In this document: positions 38,334-46,505 of the stretch, piece by piece | Layout of the letters: each line of letters opens with the position of its first letter | Numbering within the stretch: the first letter of the stretch is position 1 | Assembly: GCA_948466345.1 (NCBI GenBank) | Contig: CAOKAC010000003.1 | Coordinates: 140,812 to 204,811 of the forward strand | Length of the DNA: 64,000 bases | Source of the DNA: an uncultured Clostridia bacterium | GTDB taxonomy: Bacteria > Bacillota > Clostridia > Oscillospirales > CAG-272 | Direction: 5' to 3' | Notes under the pieces: model-generated | Told to the model about the DNA's origin: nothing | The model's input: the letters and a program-made list of their open reading frames with translations, nothing else | Database searches by the model: none | Made by a program: the position numbers and the translations under genes

Positions 38334-38654
38334 TCAGATGTCCGCCTCTATAAAATCCGGGAAAGCTTCTTCTAAAAGCTGAAATCCTCGTAAAATCGCC
38401 ATAGTATTGTCCAAAATCAAGGCGTTATCGTCCGGCAGTTCAAAATCCATTCGTACATATCCTGCAGAAAAATCTTCTCTGTAACGCTCAATTTTTCCTT
38501 CCTCGTATGCTTCACGCAGCAGGGCACGCAGTGTGTAACATAAAATCGACACCGCAGAGCATAAAATATCCTGTCCGGCAGAGGCATATTCTGTATGTCC
38601 AACACATTCAAATAAGTACGTGTCATAATACGTGTCAAAAGAAATTTTGGTCAT
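38334..38654 (-). CDS. Prp/YsxB-like cysteine protease (phage-associated)
   Basis: 106 aa. GHTEYASAGQDILCSAVSIL aligns with the Prp catalytic His/Cys block (GHAG...GQDIVCAAIS in B. subtilis YsxB). ATGA overlap with the portal stop. Confidence 0.7.
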   Translation of the reverse strand: MTKISFDTYYDTYLFECVGHTEYASAGQDILCSAVSILCYTLRALLREAYEEGKIERYREDFSAGYVRMDFELPDDNALILDNTMAILRGFQLLEEAFPDFIEADI

Positions 38655-40288
38655 TGTAAAAGCTCCTTTGAGGAGATAGGTGCAGGAGAAAGAGACCTTT
38701 CACCGTTTTCACGCACCCGGCGCAAAATTTCTTCTTTTCCCTCGAATTCCATGATTTCAAGACAAAGCTGTGCCTCATTGCTGCGATGGGGTTCAAAAAT
38801 ACCCATTTTATACAGTTCACAGGCAAGCTCATTCATAGCCATTCTGGAGAATGCTGTTTTTTTGTGTGCACGAACTTTGATATCAAAGATAGGCTGCGCA
38901 CGCAAGAAGGATTCATCATCGTTTTGACCAAATATATCGCTTCCACATTGAATAAACGCTTCCAGACCGTCAGCGCCCACAATGCGGAAGCAGCGCGGCC
39001 AGGTATAAAATTGGCGGATTAGATCGATCAGAAAAATACAGATATCTTCATAAGCACGATATGCTCCGGAAAGCATATCTCGGGAGCTTTTGTTACCGGC
39101 TTCCTGAAGCGCCGCAATGGCAGATGCTGCAGTGACACCGCCGCTGGTAGACCCTTGGGAGAAATCCCGGTTGCCAGTGGTTTCTTTTATCTCGTCAATT
39201 TTATTGTTTAGTATAGCGACATAAACTTCTGAAAGAGTGGGAACGGTGATGGGCATAATGGATGTGGATGGATCTCCGGATCCGGAATAGTGCACAAAGG
39301 GCTGGTCCCACTTGGCAAATTCTTTTTCGTTAATGCTGCCGTCGCTGCGTACAAAAAAGCGTCTTTCAGCTGCCATTCTGGCATTGCGTACAATGGCACT
39401 GCTTAAAATATCTATTTCTTTCTGGGTGCCCCGCATAGCGTCAATTACACTGAAGCCGCAGGGTGACCCTTGTATTGGATACATTTTGTCAATTACAAAG
39501 GGATATCTTCCATGATTATAAAATCCGATTTCCCGATACAGCGGATCATTTTCTGAGGCGTACAGGAGAATTCCATTGCAGAATTTACAAAAGTGCAGAC
39601 ATTCTTTCCCATCTTTTTTTGTTTTATAGTACCAATCGATTACAGCTGATTTGTCGGAGGTATCAACAGTATCGTCATAAATATACTGTGTGATATCAAA
39701 AGTTGGTGTGGCAAGACAGTCCTGCAATACTGGATATTCTTCCTGCAAGTAGTCATTATCCCAAAGATCCACGTGAAAAATATTTTGTGATTTCTGTATG
39801 TCTGTGATGCCTGGCTCCCAGAAAAGGTTGAGCAGGTCAATGCGCCGTACATCAATGTTACCAAGGCCCTCGTCCAGAGATTGATTCCAGAAAACTCCGT
39901 AGCATGCGGCGCCGTACTTTAGTTTATCATACCAGCATTCGGAGTAGGTACTTTCAAAATGGTTTCGTTCCAAAATAAGCGGCAGGATGTCAGTAAGCAG
40001 ACGCGCTGCTGGTCCATCGCTTTTTTCACGCGGTAAACACGTTGCCTCCGGGATATTGTCCATGGCATCGGCATGTTTGTTAATAATTGTGTTAAACAGC
40101 CAGCCGGTAGCGATAGAGTCCTCACTTTTGTCATCGTAATGCCGCATTTTCCACCACTGCTCACTGTCGATGATGCGTTTTTCGAACGATGCTTTTCCTG
40201 CCTTATATTTTTCCAGTATGGCGTATGCCGCACATACGGTGTCATTTGTGATTGGCTCCGCTGTACGCCCTTTTTTTTGTTTTTTCAT
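38651..40288 (-). CDS. phage portal protein
   Basis: 545 aa directly downstream of the large terminase. GGAGG RBS. The N-terminal YKAGKASFEKRIIDSEQWWKMRH and the overall size fit Firmicute siphophage portal families. Confidence 0.7.
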   Translation of the reverse strand: MKKQKKGRTAEPITNDTVCAAYAILEKYKAGKASFEKRIIDSEQWWKMRHYDDKSEDSIATGWLFNTIINKHADAMDNIPEATCLPREKSDGPAARLLTDILPLILERNHFESTYSECWYDKLKYGAACYGVFWNQSLDEGLGNIDVRRIDLLNLFWEPGITDIQKSQNIFHVDLWDNDYLQEEYPVLQDCLATPTFDITQYIYDDTVDTSDKSAVIDWYYKTKKDGKECLHFCKFCNGILLYASENDPLYREIGFYNHGRYPFVIDKMYPIQGSPCGFSVIDAMRGTQKEIDILSSAIVRNARMAAERRFFVRSDGSINEKEFAKWDQPFVHYSGSGDPSTSIMPITVPTLSEVYVAILNNKIDEIKETTGNRDFSQGSTSGGVTAASAIAALQEAGNKSSRDMLSGAYRAYEDICIFLIDLIRQFYTWPRCFRIVGADGLEAFIQCGSDIFGQNDDESFLRAQPIFDIKVRAHKKTAFSRMAMNELACELYKMGIFEPHRSNEAQLCLEIMEFEGKEEILRRVRENGERSLSPAPISSKELLQ

Positions 40289-40327
40289 ATTTGATTCATC
40301 CTCCTTGCCGCTATGCGGCTTTTTATT

Positions 40328-41713
40328 TTAATATGTAAATTGTCTATATTTTTGTCCGTTCGCCAACAGATTTAATGGATCGTCGCTTGCTGATTGAACA
40401 GCAGACGCGGGATTCGGCCGGATGGGCCGGTTCATACAGAAATATCGAAAGGAATCGGCAAAGTGATCTTCCTGGGAAGTATCCAAATCTTCGGGACAAT
40501 GTTCGCTATAAGTGAGTAAGGGCAGGGTGCGTATGGCGTGTTTACAGGTATTAAAAAAATATACCATTGGTTTCCCATCCCCATCAAAAGCAAGTCGATA
40601 ATGGCACTGCATCCATCCTGGCAGGCGCTTGTTGTCTCCGGGCTGAAAGTATACATAATGTCGGTCTGCTGCTTCAATAATGGCTTCTCCACGGGACGCG
40701 TCCCATATGGAAGGGTCGGCAACTCCGAAAATTTGTTTGCCCCGCAGCCAGCGGTGTTCTGCTTCAATTTTGTGGATTTCCCGAAAAATTCGATCGGGAT
40801 CCCATTTTACCCCTTCGTTGGGGTTTATACAGCCATATAGCTGCAGGATCAAGTAGGCGCGCCCTTCAAAATCAATTGCCCACCAGTCACAGGAAAAAGG
40901 TTTAGAATATCCAAAGTCAAAGCTACGGTACAGTTTCCAATCCGGCGGAACTTCAAAGGGATCAATTACATGGGTATAGAGCTTGTCGCGATAGTGGGAT
41001 GCATCGTCGGTAAATTCTTCAAAAAACTGTCCCTCAAAAATATCCCAGTCACCCTCCAGCCAAGCTTTACGCAGTTTGGGAGGCAATGCTTCCAGCTTTT
41101 GAATATATCCGGGATCACTTTGCATCAGCGCTGTATTATCTGTGACAAGAGAGCGGATAAACATATACTCGTCTGCCTCTTCTCCTGGTTTAGTGGCTTT
41201 ATCAACAAATAGCCGTTTTACCCAGCCATGTCCTACGCCTCCCGGATTACAGGTGAGATAAATTCGTTTTGGATAGGTATTTACACCGCGAACGCAGGCC
41301 TTGATTCGATCATACATTTCTTCCGGGAATTGTGTTGCCTCATCTATAAACAGCACATCGGTTTCTGTTCCTTGAAATTTATCCAGGTCTGCTACATTAC
41401 GACAGTAGCGAAAAGCAATAACCGATCTGTTTTTAAAGGTCATATCCCGAGTAGATTCCTTGTATGTAGCAATTCCATGGAGTAGAGGAATCATAGGCAC
41501 GATGTGGTTTTGCCGCAGCTCTGGGTAGGTACGGCGCACAATCATAATACGAATACCAGGATAATGCAGGGCTAACAAGGCTGCCTTAATGCGTACAGCC
41601 CAGCTTTTGCCCCCTCCGCGGGCACCGCCAAAAGCGATGTATCGATGTGTATCCGCAAGAAATAGTTCCTGCCGAGGGGAGGGCCTTGGAATTTGAAGGG
41701 TTACTTTGCCCAT
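40328..41713 (-). CDS. phage terminase large subunit
   Basis: 461 aa. Walker A FGGARGGGKSW, Walker B VLFIDEAT, C-terminal RNase-H-like nuclease region (FDFGYS...DHFADSFRY). Confidence 0.85.
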   Translation of the reverse strand: MGKVTLQIPRPSPRQELFLADTHRYIAFGGARGGGKSWAVRIKAALLALHYPGIRIMIVRRTYPELRQNHIVPMIPLLHGIATYKESTRDMTFKNRSVIAFRYCRNVADLDKFQGTETDVLFIDEATQFPEEMYDRIKACVRGVNTYPKRIYLTCNPGGVGHGWVKRLFVDKATKPGEEADEYMFIRSLVTDNTALMQSDPGYIQKLEALPPKLRKAWLEGDWDIFEGQFFEEFTDDASHYRDKLYTHVIDPFEVPPDWKLYRSFDFGYSKPFSCDWWAIDFEGRAYLILQLYGCINPNEGVKWDPDRIFREIHKIEAEHRWLRGKQIFGVADPSIWDASRGEAIIEAADRHYVYFQPGDNKRLPGWMQCHYRLAFDGDGKPMVYFFNTCKHAIRTLPLLTYSEHCPEDLDTSQEDHFADSFRYFCMNRPIRPNPASAVQSASDDPLNLLANGQKYRQFTY

Positions 41714-42138
41714 TTTTCAATGTCCCCCTCCAGCACCACGTTTATGGCGGTATCGCAGTCTTCAGTATCGGCTTCTTCCAGTCCACGGATTACAGCAGCC
41801 AATTCTTTTGCGGCAAGAGTCAGTTCCTTTAGCTGACGGATATCCGCATGGTCACCGTTTTCCAATGCTCCCTTCATTTCGGCGGCCATTTTGTCAATAA
41901 TTTCTGCTATGGTTTCTACAGCTAACCGCAGCCGCGTACTTTGGCCTTCATTTTCTTGTCGGGGCTGTGAACCGTTAGGAGAATATTGGCTTTTTTTTTG
42001 GCGTGTATGGTACCATCCATCCTTTCTACCAATTTTTTGTAAGCTAGGAACTGGGATGCCATATTTATCTGCAAGGCTTTTATAGCTGGCTCCTAACATG
42101 AAATCATGCCGAATCATCTTTAATCTTTCATCTGTCAA
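41701..42138 (-). CDS. phage terminase small subunit (HTH)
   Basis: TTG start at 42138 behind AAAGGAG. N-terminal HTH (GASYKSLADKYGIPVPSLQKIGRKDGW). 13-nt overlap with terL. Confidence 0.65.
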   Translation of the reverse strand: MTDERLKMIRHDFMLGASYKSLADKYGIPVPSLQKIGRKDGWYHTRQKKSQYSPNGSQPRQENEGQSTRLRLAVETIAEIIDKMAAEMKGALENGDHADIRQLKELTLAAKELAAVIRGLEEADTEDCDTAINVVLEGDIEKWAK

Positions 42139-42342
42139 TCGTCACACTCCTTTCTGACAGTACATAGCATAGCGGACTTTGGCTGTCATTTCTCCCCATC
42201 AGGAATATACTGGTATAGGATTGTAAAAAGAGGCGGTAAAAAGGAAGAACGCGAAATAGCAGTTTTTCAGGCTGGTTTACAGAAAAACAACTGAATTTTT
42301 AAAGTAAAAAAGGCGGGAGCCAATGAAAGGAAAGGGAACAGT

Positions 42343-42564
42343 ATGATGTGTATAGCGGCAATGAAGAATATGACAGCCGCCATAAAAGGGAGAAGTGCAC
42401 TGGAATTGGTGGGAATACGGTGTACAATTGTTAGTTTGGAACCTACACTGACAAAACGGGGATGTGCGTATGGACTGAGTTTTCCATGTGCATATTTGGA
42501 TAAGGTAAAATCTGTTTTGTCGTCCAAACGGATCAACTATGGTGAAATACTGGGCGGCAGATGA
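42343..42564 (+). CDS. DUF3343 domain protein (putative S/Se carrier-like)
   Basis: 73 aa. The pattern ...A...L...GI.C.IVSLEPTLTKRGCAYGLSF... fits DUF3343. Its stop lies 15 nt before the class-V aminotransferase start, a common pairing. Confidence 0.6.
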   Translation: MMCIAAMKNMTAAIKGRSALELVGIRCTIVSLEPTLTKRGCAYGLSFPCAYLDKVKSVLSSKRINYGEILGGR

Positions 42565-42578
42565 AAGGGGGAAGGCGG

Positions 42579-43712
42579 ATGATATATCTTGATAATGCGG
42601 CGACTACGTATCCAAAGCCGGAGTCTGTCGTACAGGCAATGACTACGTGTATGCGGGAATATTGCGGAAATCCAGGGCGAGGAAGTCATACTATGGCGGT
42701 ACGTGCATCGGAAAAGCTGTATGAGTGCCGGCAAGAGGCTACGGAACTATTCGGCGCCGACAGCCCAGAAAATGTAGCGTTTACTTTAAATACTACGTAT
42801 GCACTGAATATGGCGATTAAGGGACTTATTCCTGCGGGATCCCATGTAATTCTATCGGACATGGAGCATAATAGCGTGCTTCGCCCGGTAGAGGAACTAC
42901 GCAGGAGCAGTGGCGTCCATTATGATATTTTTCGTACAGGCGGCAGTGACTTCGAAACACTGGAACGCATCCGCCGCCTGATTAAGCGGGATACAGTGGC
43001 TGTTATATGTACTGGCTGCTCGAATATCATTAACCGCACACTACCAATACGTGATATTGGAAGACTGTGTGAAAACCATGGTCTATATTTTATTTTGGAT
43101 GGGGCGCAGGGCGCTGGTATATATGATATCAACATGCGTCGGGATAAGATTACAGCACTTTGTGTTCCAGGCCATAAAGGATTGATGGGGCCCCAAGGAA
43201 CTGGTCTTTTGATTCTGCGTGAAGATGTGACGATTGATACACTCGTAGAAGGCGGCAGCGGTATTCATTCAGCGGATCCGGGCATGCCGGATTTTCTTCC
43301 GGACAGACTGGAGGCTGGAACGATGCCCACACCTGGTATCGCAGGACTTTGTGAAGGGATTCGATATGTGCGCAGCAGGGGAGTGGAAGAGATACGCGCC
43401 CATGAGGCAGGGCTTTATCGGGCATTGATGAACACCTTGCGGGGAGATTCTAGGTTGGTAATTTACAGCAGTAGAGTTCCAGGTGCAATTGTTCTGTTTA
43501 ATATTAAAGGCGTCAGTGCCCAAAAGACAGGATATGAGTTGGATAGAAGGGGGATTTGTGTGCGCAGTGGACTGCATTGTGCACCACTTGCCCACGAAAC
43601 GTTAGGAACGCCGGATGGCGGCGCGGTGAGAGTAAGCTTTGGTCCGCTTTCTTCCATGAACGATGTTACAGGTTTTTGTAATGCGCTGCACGATGTGATA
43701 AAAGCGGAATAG
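42579..43712 (+). CDS. class V aminotransferase-fold PLP enzyme (cysteine desulfurase family)
   Basis: MIYLDNAATTYPKP start, PLP-lysine region VPGHKGLMGPQGTG, C-terminal VRSGLHCAP. Confidence 0.8.
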   Translation: MIYLDNAATTYPKPESVVQAMTTCMREYCGNPGRGSHTMAVRASEKLYECRQEATELFGADSPENVAFTLNTTYALNMAIKGLIPAGSHVILSDMEHNSVLRPVEELRRSSGVHYDIFRTGGSDFETLERIRRLIKRDTVAVICTGCSNIINRTLPIRDIGRLCENHGLYFILDGAQGAGIYDINMRRDKITALCVPGHKGLMGPQGTGLLILREDVTIDTLVEGGSGIHSADPGMPDFLPDRLEAGTMPTPGIAGLCEGIRYVRSRGVEEIRAHEAGLYRALMNTLRGDSRLVIYSSRVPGAIVLFNIKGVSAQKTGYELDRRGICVRSGLHCAPLAHETLGTPDGGAVRVSFGPLSSMNDVTGFCNALHDVIKAE

Positions 43713-43754
43713 TCAAAGCCGGCGCTCAGTTTGTTACTGAGCGCCGGCTTTGAC
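43712..43754. terminator. 19-bp perfect GC-rich hairpin between convergent genes
   Basis: GTCAAAGCCGGCGCTCAGT-ttgtt-ACTGAGCGCCGGCTTTGAC. There is no U-tract on either side, so function as an intrinsic terminator is uncertain. Confidence 0.5.
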
Positions 43755-44296
43755 TACGTACTTTTACAGTTTTTTATATGTGCCTTTAACTTTTTGATTG
43801 CCCAATCATAATGACTGGAGGTGTCACTTATAAAATACGAACCCAAAGTGCTTTTTCCAACCCATTGGTAAGTTCCCTTAGTAAACAGTTCTTCATTGGA
43901 AAAGGTCTCCGCCAATGACACTACATCTTTATGAGATTTCTCAAGCATTTTTTTGGCTTCCTCTAAAGTGGTGTCCTGGTGCTTTTCCCAAAATTTTATA
44001 TTCATATCCCCATAGGTTTTCCAGTTGTACGGCTCTGGAATAAATGGCTTGCTGTCCCCATTTTGATTGGATTGTACCCAATTCAGTAAAAGCTGGTGCC
44101 ATTCATAGAGATGGATCAGGATGTCACGCAGGTTTCGATCTCGTCTCCAATGCGCTTCTTTTTTCTTCTCATCCTTTGAAAAATCAAAGGGGGTAGCCAA
44201 TTCTTTTTCCGTCAAACTGGCAATCAGCGCATTCATTTTCTCATATCCTGCTGTTGCCGCATTTAACAAATCTGTTTTTGTTGTCGGTCTGCCCAT
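43754..44296 (-). CDS. ClbS/DfsB family four-helix-bundle protein (DUF1706)
   Basis: 180 aa. TKTDLL...Y.KM...I..L, ILIHLYEWHQLL and SSHYDWA motifs recalled from ClbS/DfsB. The gene and its flanks look more AT-rich than neighbours by eye. Confidence 0.65.
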   Translation of the reverse strand: MGRPTTKTDLLNAATAGYEKMNALIASLTEKELATPFDFSKDEKKKEAHWRRDRNLRDILIHLYEWHQLLLNWVQSNQNGDSKPFIPEPYNWKTYGDMNIKFWEKHQDTTLEEAKKMLEKSHKDVVSLAETFSNEELFTKGTYQWVGKSTLGSYFISDTSSHYDWAIKKLKAHIKNCKST

Positions 44297-44426
44297 CGTT
44301 ATTTTTTTAGCTCCAATCTTGCTTTTTTATTATGTCAATGCGGAGAAATATTTTCCCAGTGGATATGATTATGAAAACAAATCTATAAAATTATGTTATG
44401 AAAATTACTATTTCAAAAAAATACAT

Positions 44427-45308
44427 TCATTTTTTATTATAAAAAATATGTGGGCCCGTGCAAGTTTTACATAAGAAAGCAGTAGCACCCGTGGCCTGCA
44501 ACTTTGTAACAGCGAGTTCTGCAGTGTGCTCACTTTCAAATATTCCAAATACTGCTGGTCCACTGCCGCTCATCATAGCGAGGCGAGCCCCAGCCTCTTC
44601 CAGAATTTTTTTGCAGGCGGACGCCTCCTTATGTATCGGTAAAACGACTGATTCAAATATATTAAACATTGCAGTATGCATATCATTCCAGCTTTGGATA
44701 TGCTGCGTATCCCAATCCTCTGGTTTAGCAGGAAGTTTTTTTCCATATGCTGCATCCAGCATATGGTAGGCGGCAGGCGTGGACACACCGGCACCACCTC
44801 TAGCAATAACCATATGTATAGGTTTCAGCGGTGTCAGGGGCGTAATTACTTCTCCTCTGCCGCGGCACAGTGCAGTACCGCCAGTCATGCAAAAGGGCAC
44901 ATCAGCTCCTAGATTTCCACCAATCTGTAAAAGCGCATCCATTGAAATAGGACTATCAAATAAGCGATGCAGGAGCAGAAGAACAGCTCCTGCATCGGTA
45001 CTGCCGCCTGCTAGGCCACTGGCAACGGGGATTTTTTTATTCAAAGTAATAGATACCCCTGCATTCTCTATACCACTTTCCCGAAAAAAATTCAAAGCGG
45101 CACGATATGCCAAATTTTTTTCATCACAGGGTAGGGAGATGTCCGAACACTGTAACGTAATACCCGATGGCGTTTTTTCCACTGTAATGGTATCGTATAA
45201 AGACACGGTTTGCATGACACTGCAAACCGTGTGGTATCCGTCTGCTTGGACGGGACCCACATCTAAAAATAAATTTATTTTTGCCGGTGCAAGGGCACTA
45301 AGCTGCAT
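44427..45308 (-). CDS. ispE: 4-(cytidine 5'-diphospho)-2-C-methyl-D-erythritol kinase
   Basis: APAKINLFLDV N-terminus and GHMP-kinase motif PVASGLAGGSTDAGA. Confidence 0.9.
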   Translation of the reverse strand: MQLSALAPAKINLFLDVGPVQADGYHTVCSVMQTVSLYDTITVEKTPSGITLQCSDISLPCDEKNLAYRAALNFFRESGIENAGVSITLNKKIPVASGLAGGSTDAGAVLLLLHRLFDSPISMDALLQIGGNLGADVPFCMTGGTALCRGRGEVITPLTPLKPIHMVIARGGAGVSTPAAYHMLDAAYGKKLPAKPEDWDTQHIQSWNDMHTAMFNIFESVVLPIHKEASACKKILEEAGARLAMMSGSGPAVFGIFESEHTAELAVTKLQATGATAFLCKTCTGPHIFYNKK

Positions 45309-45319
45309 ATGCTACTCTT

Positions 45320-46489
45320 TCAGCGGACAAGCCGCAAAATAAAATTTTTTTGAATTTTTACAGCGTTTTTTGGACACATTTCCTGACAGCAGTAACAACG
45401 AATGCAGTTTTTATCCTGCACGTTCAACCGTTTTTTTCCATTCTGTTCTTTTATGGTAATCGTCTTTTTAGGACAGGACGCAGCGCACACGCCGCATCCG
45501 ACACATTTTTTTTGATCAATTTTGGGGCGCGGTTCCAAAAATCGTACCAATCGTCCCCCAAACAGATCTGGAAAATCCCGCAGAATGGACCGTCGGCTTG
45601 TATCCGGTGGGATGACATTTGCTGTAATATGCTGTTTGTAATCTGTACCTGCTATGGTCAGTTGGGCAATATCAACTGGACAAACACCGCGCTGGATAGA
45701 AGCCTGTACAGATGGGACAGTACCGTTAAAGCCCAGCAGATGTTCCGCAAGGAGGTCCAGAGAAAAAGGTGAAAGGGAGGTCATAAGCACGCCGTATTTC
45801 CTGGGTGTGCCGCCAGTGGGGCCATTGCCTTCCATGCCACAAATCCCATCACAGATGGTAATCATCGTTTTATTATCTAATAGCATTTGCGCCAAATCGC
45901 AGAGCATTTGGGTAAAACTTTCTACCCGACTGAACCTGGCATGCATTTCCACTTTCTCGGTGCCGGGGATTACCCCATATAAATTTTTTACGCCACAGCT
46001 CATTTTTGTAAGAGAATGCGTCTTCAGCTTGCATATGTTTACAATAATATCCGCGTCGCAAATAGGCTGAATGACATGAAAACTTCGACAGGCTGCCCCG
46101 TCAGGAAACTGCATCGTCGAAGCCCCCGTTTTATAGTTCAGCGTAATATTCTCTTGTTGGGCTATTTCTTTTATGCCGCATCCATTATAATGAAGACGTA
46201 TGGTGGTTTCTGTATATGGGCCACCGGAGCTTTCTGCAAGTAATAAAGCGTCAGCTCCCATGCTGCGTAGAGCACGGGCGGCACCTGCGATTACGGCCGG
46301 ATGGGTAGTAGCAGCGAAATCCGGATTTTTGCTCATTACCAAATTGGGTTTTAGTACAATTTTTTTTCCAGCCAGCATTTCTTTTGTTACACCAGCCAAT
46401 GCCATTTGCTGTTCTAAAATCTTTGCAATATTTTCTATGTTATATTCTGTGCAGCCGTTAAGGGTTACAGGATAAATCTGCATACTCAA
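45320..46489 (-). CDS. DUF362 domain protein fused to a 2x[4Fe-4S] ferredoxin domain
   Basis: KIVLKPNLV and LKTHSLTKMSCGVKNLYG (DUF362-like). C-terminal CVGCGVCAASCP and CIRCYCCQEMCP clusters. Sits 16 nt after nadB and 11 nt before ispE. Confidence 0.7.
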   Translation of the reverse strand: MSMQIYPVTLNGCTEYNIENIAKILEQQMALAGVTKEMLAGKKIVLKPNLVMSKNPDFAATTHPAVIAGAARALRSMGADALLLAESSGGPYTETTIRLHYNGCGIKEIAQQENITLNYKTGASTMQFPDGAACRSFHVIQPICDADIIVNICKLKTHSLTKMSCGVKNLYGVIPGTEKVEMHARFSRVESFTQMLCDLAQMLLDNKTMITICDGICGMEGNGPTGGTPRKYGVLMTSLSPFSLDLLAEHLLGFNGTVPSVQASIQRGVCPVDIAQLTIAGTDYKQHITANVIPPDTSRRSILRDFPDLFGGRLVRFLEPRPKIDQKKCVGCGVCAASCPKKTITIKEQNGKKRLNVQDKNCIRCYCCQEMCPKNAVKIQKNFILRLVR

Positions 46490-46505
46490 AGCCTTTCAAG
46501 GATGT

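Larger units (their letters stand above)
38334..42138 (-). mobile_element. prophage-derived DNA-packaging module (terS-terL-portal-Prp), remnant or orphan
   Basis: Four co-directional phage-type genes with overlapping junctions. No integrase, capsid, tail or lysis genes are adjacent. Confidence 0.7.

Noticed and set aside
37408-42138. Active, complete prophage
   Set aside because: No integrase, repressor, replication, capsid, tail or lysis genes are present, no att-like direct repeats were spotted at the borders by eye, and only about 4-5 kb is phage-like.
42267-42536. 89-aa minus-strand ORF overlapping the DUF3343 gene
   Set aside because: The plus-strand 73-aa ORF has an RBS, a DUF3343-like pattern and a short gap to the desulfurase gene. 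The minus-strand ORF has none of these.
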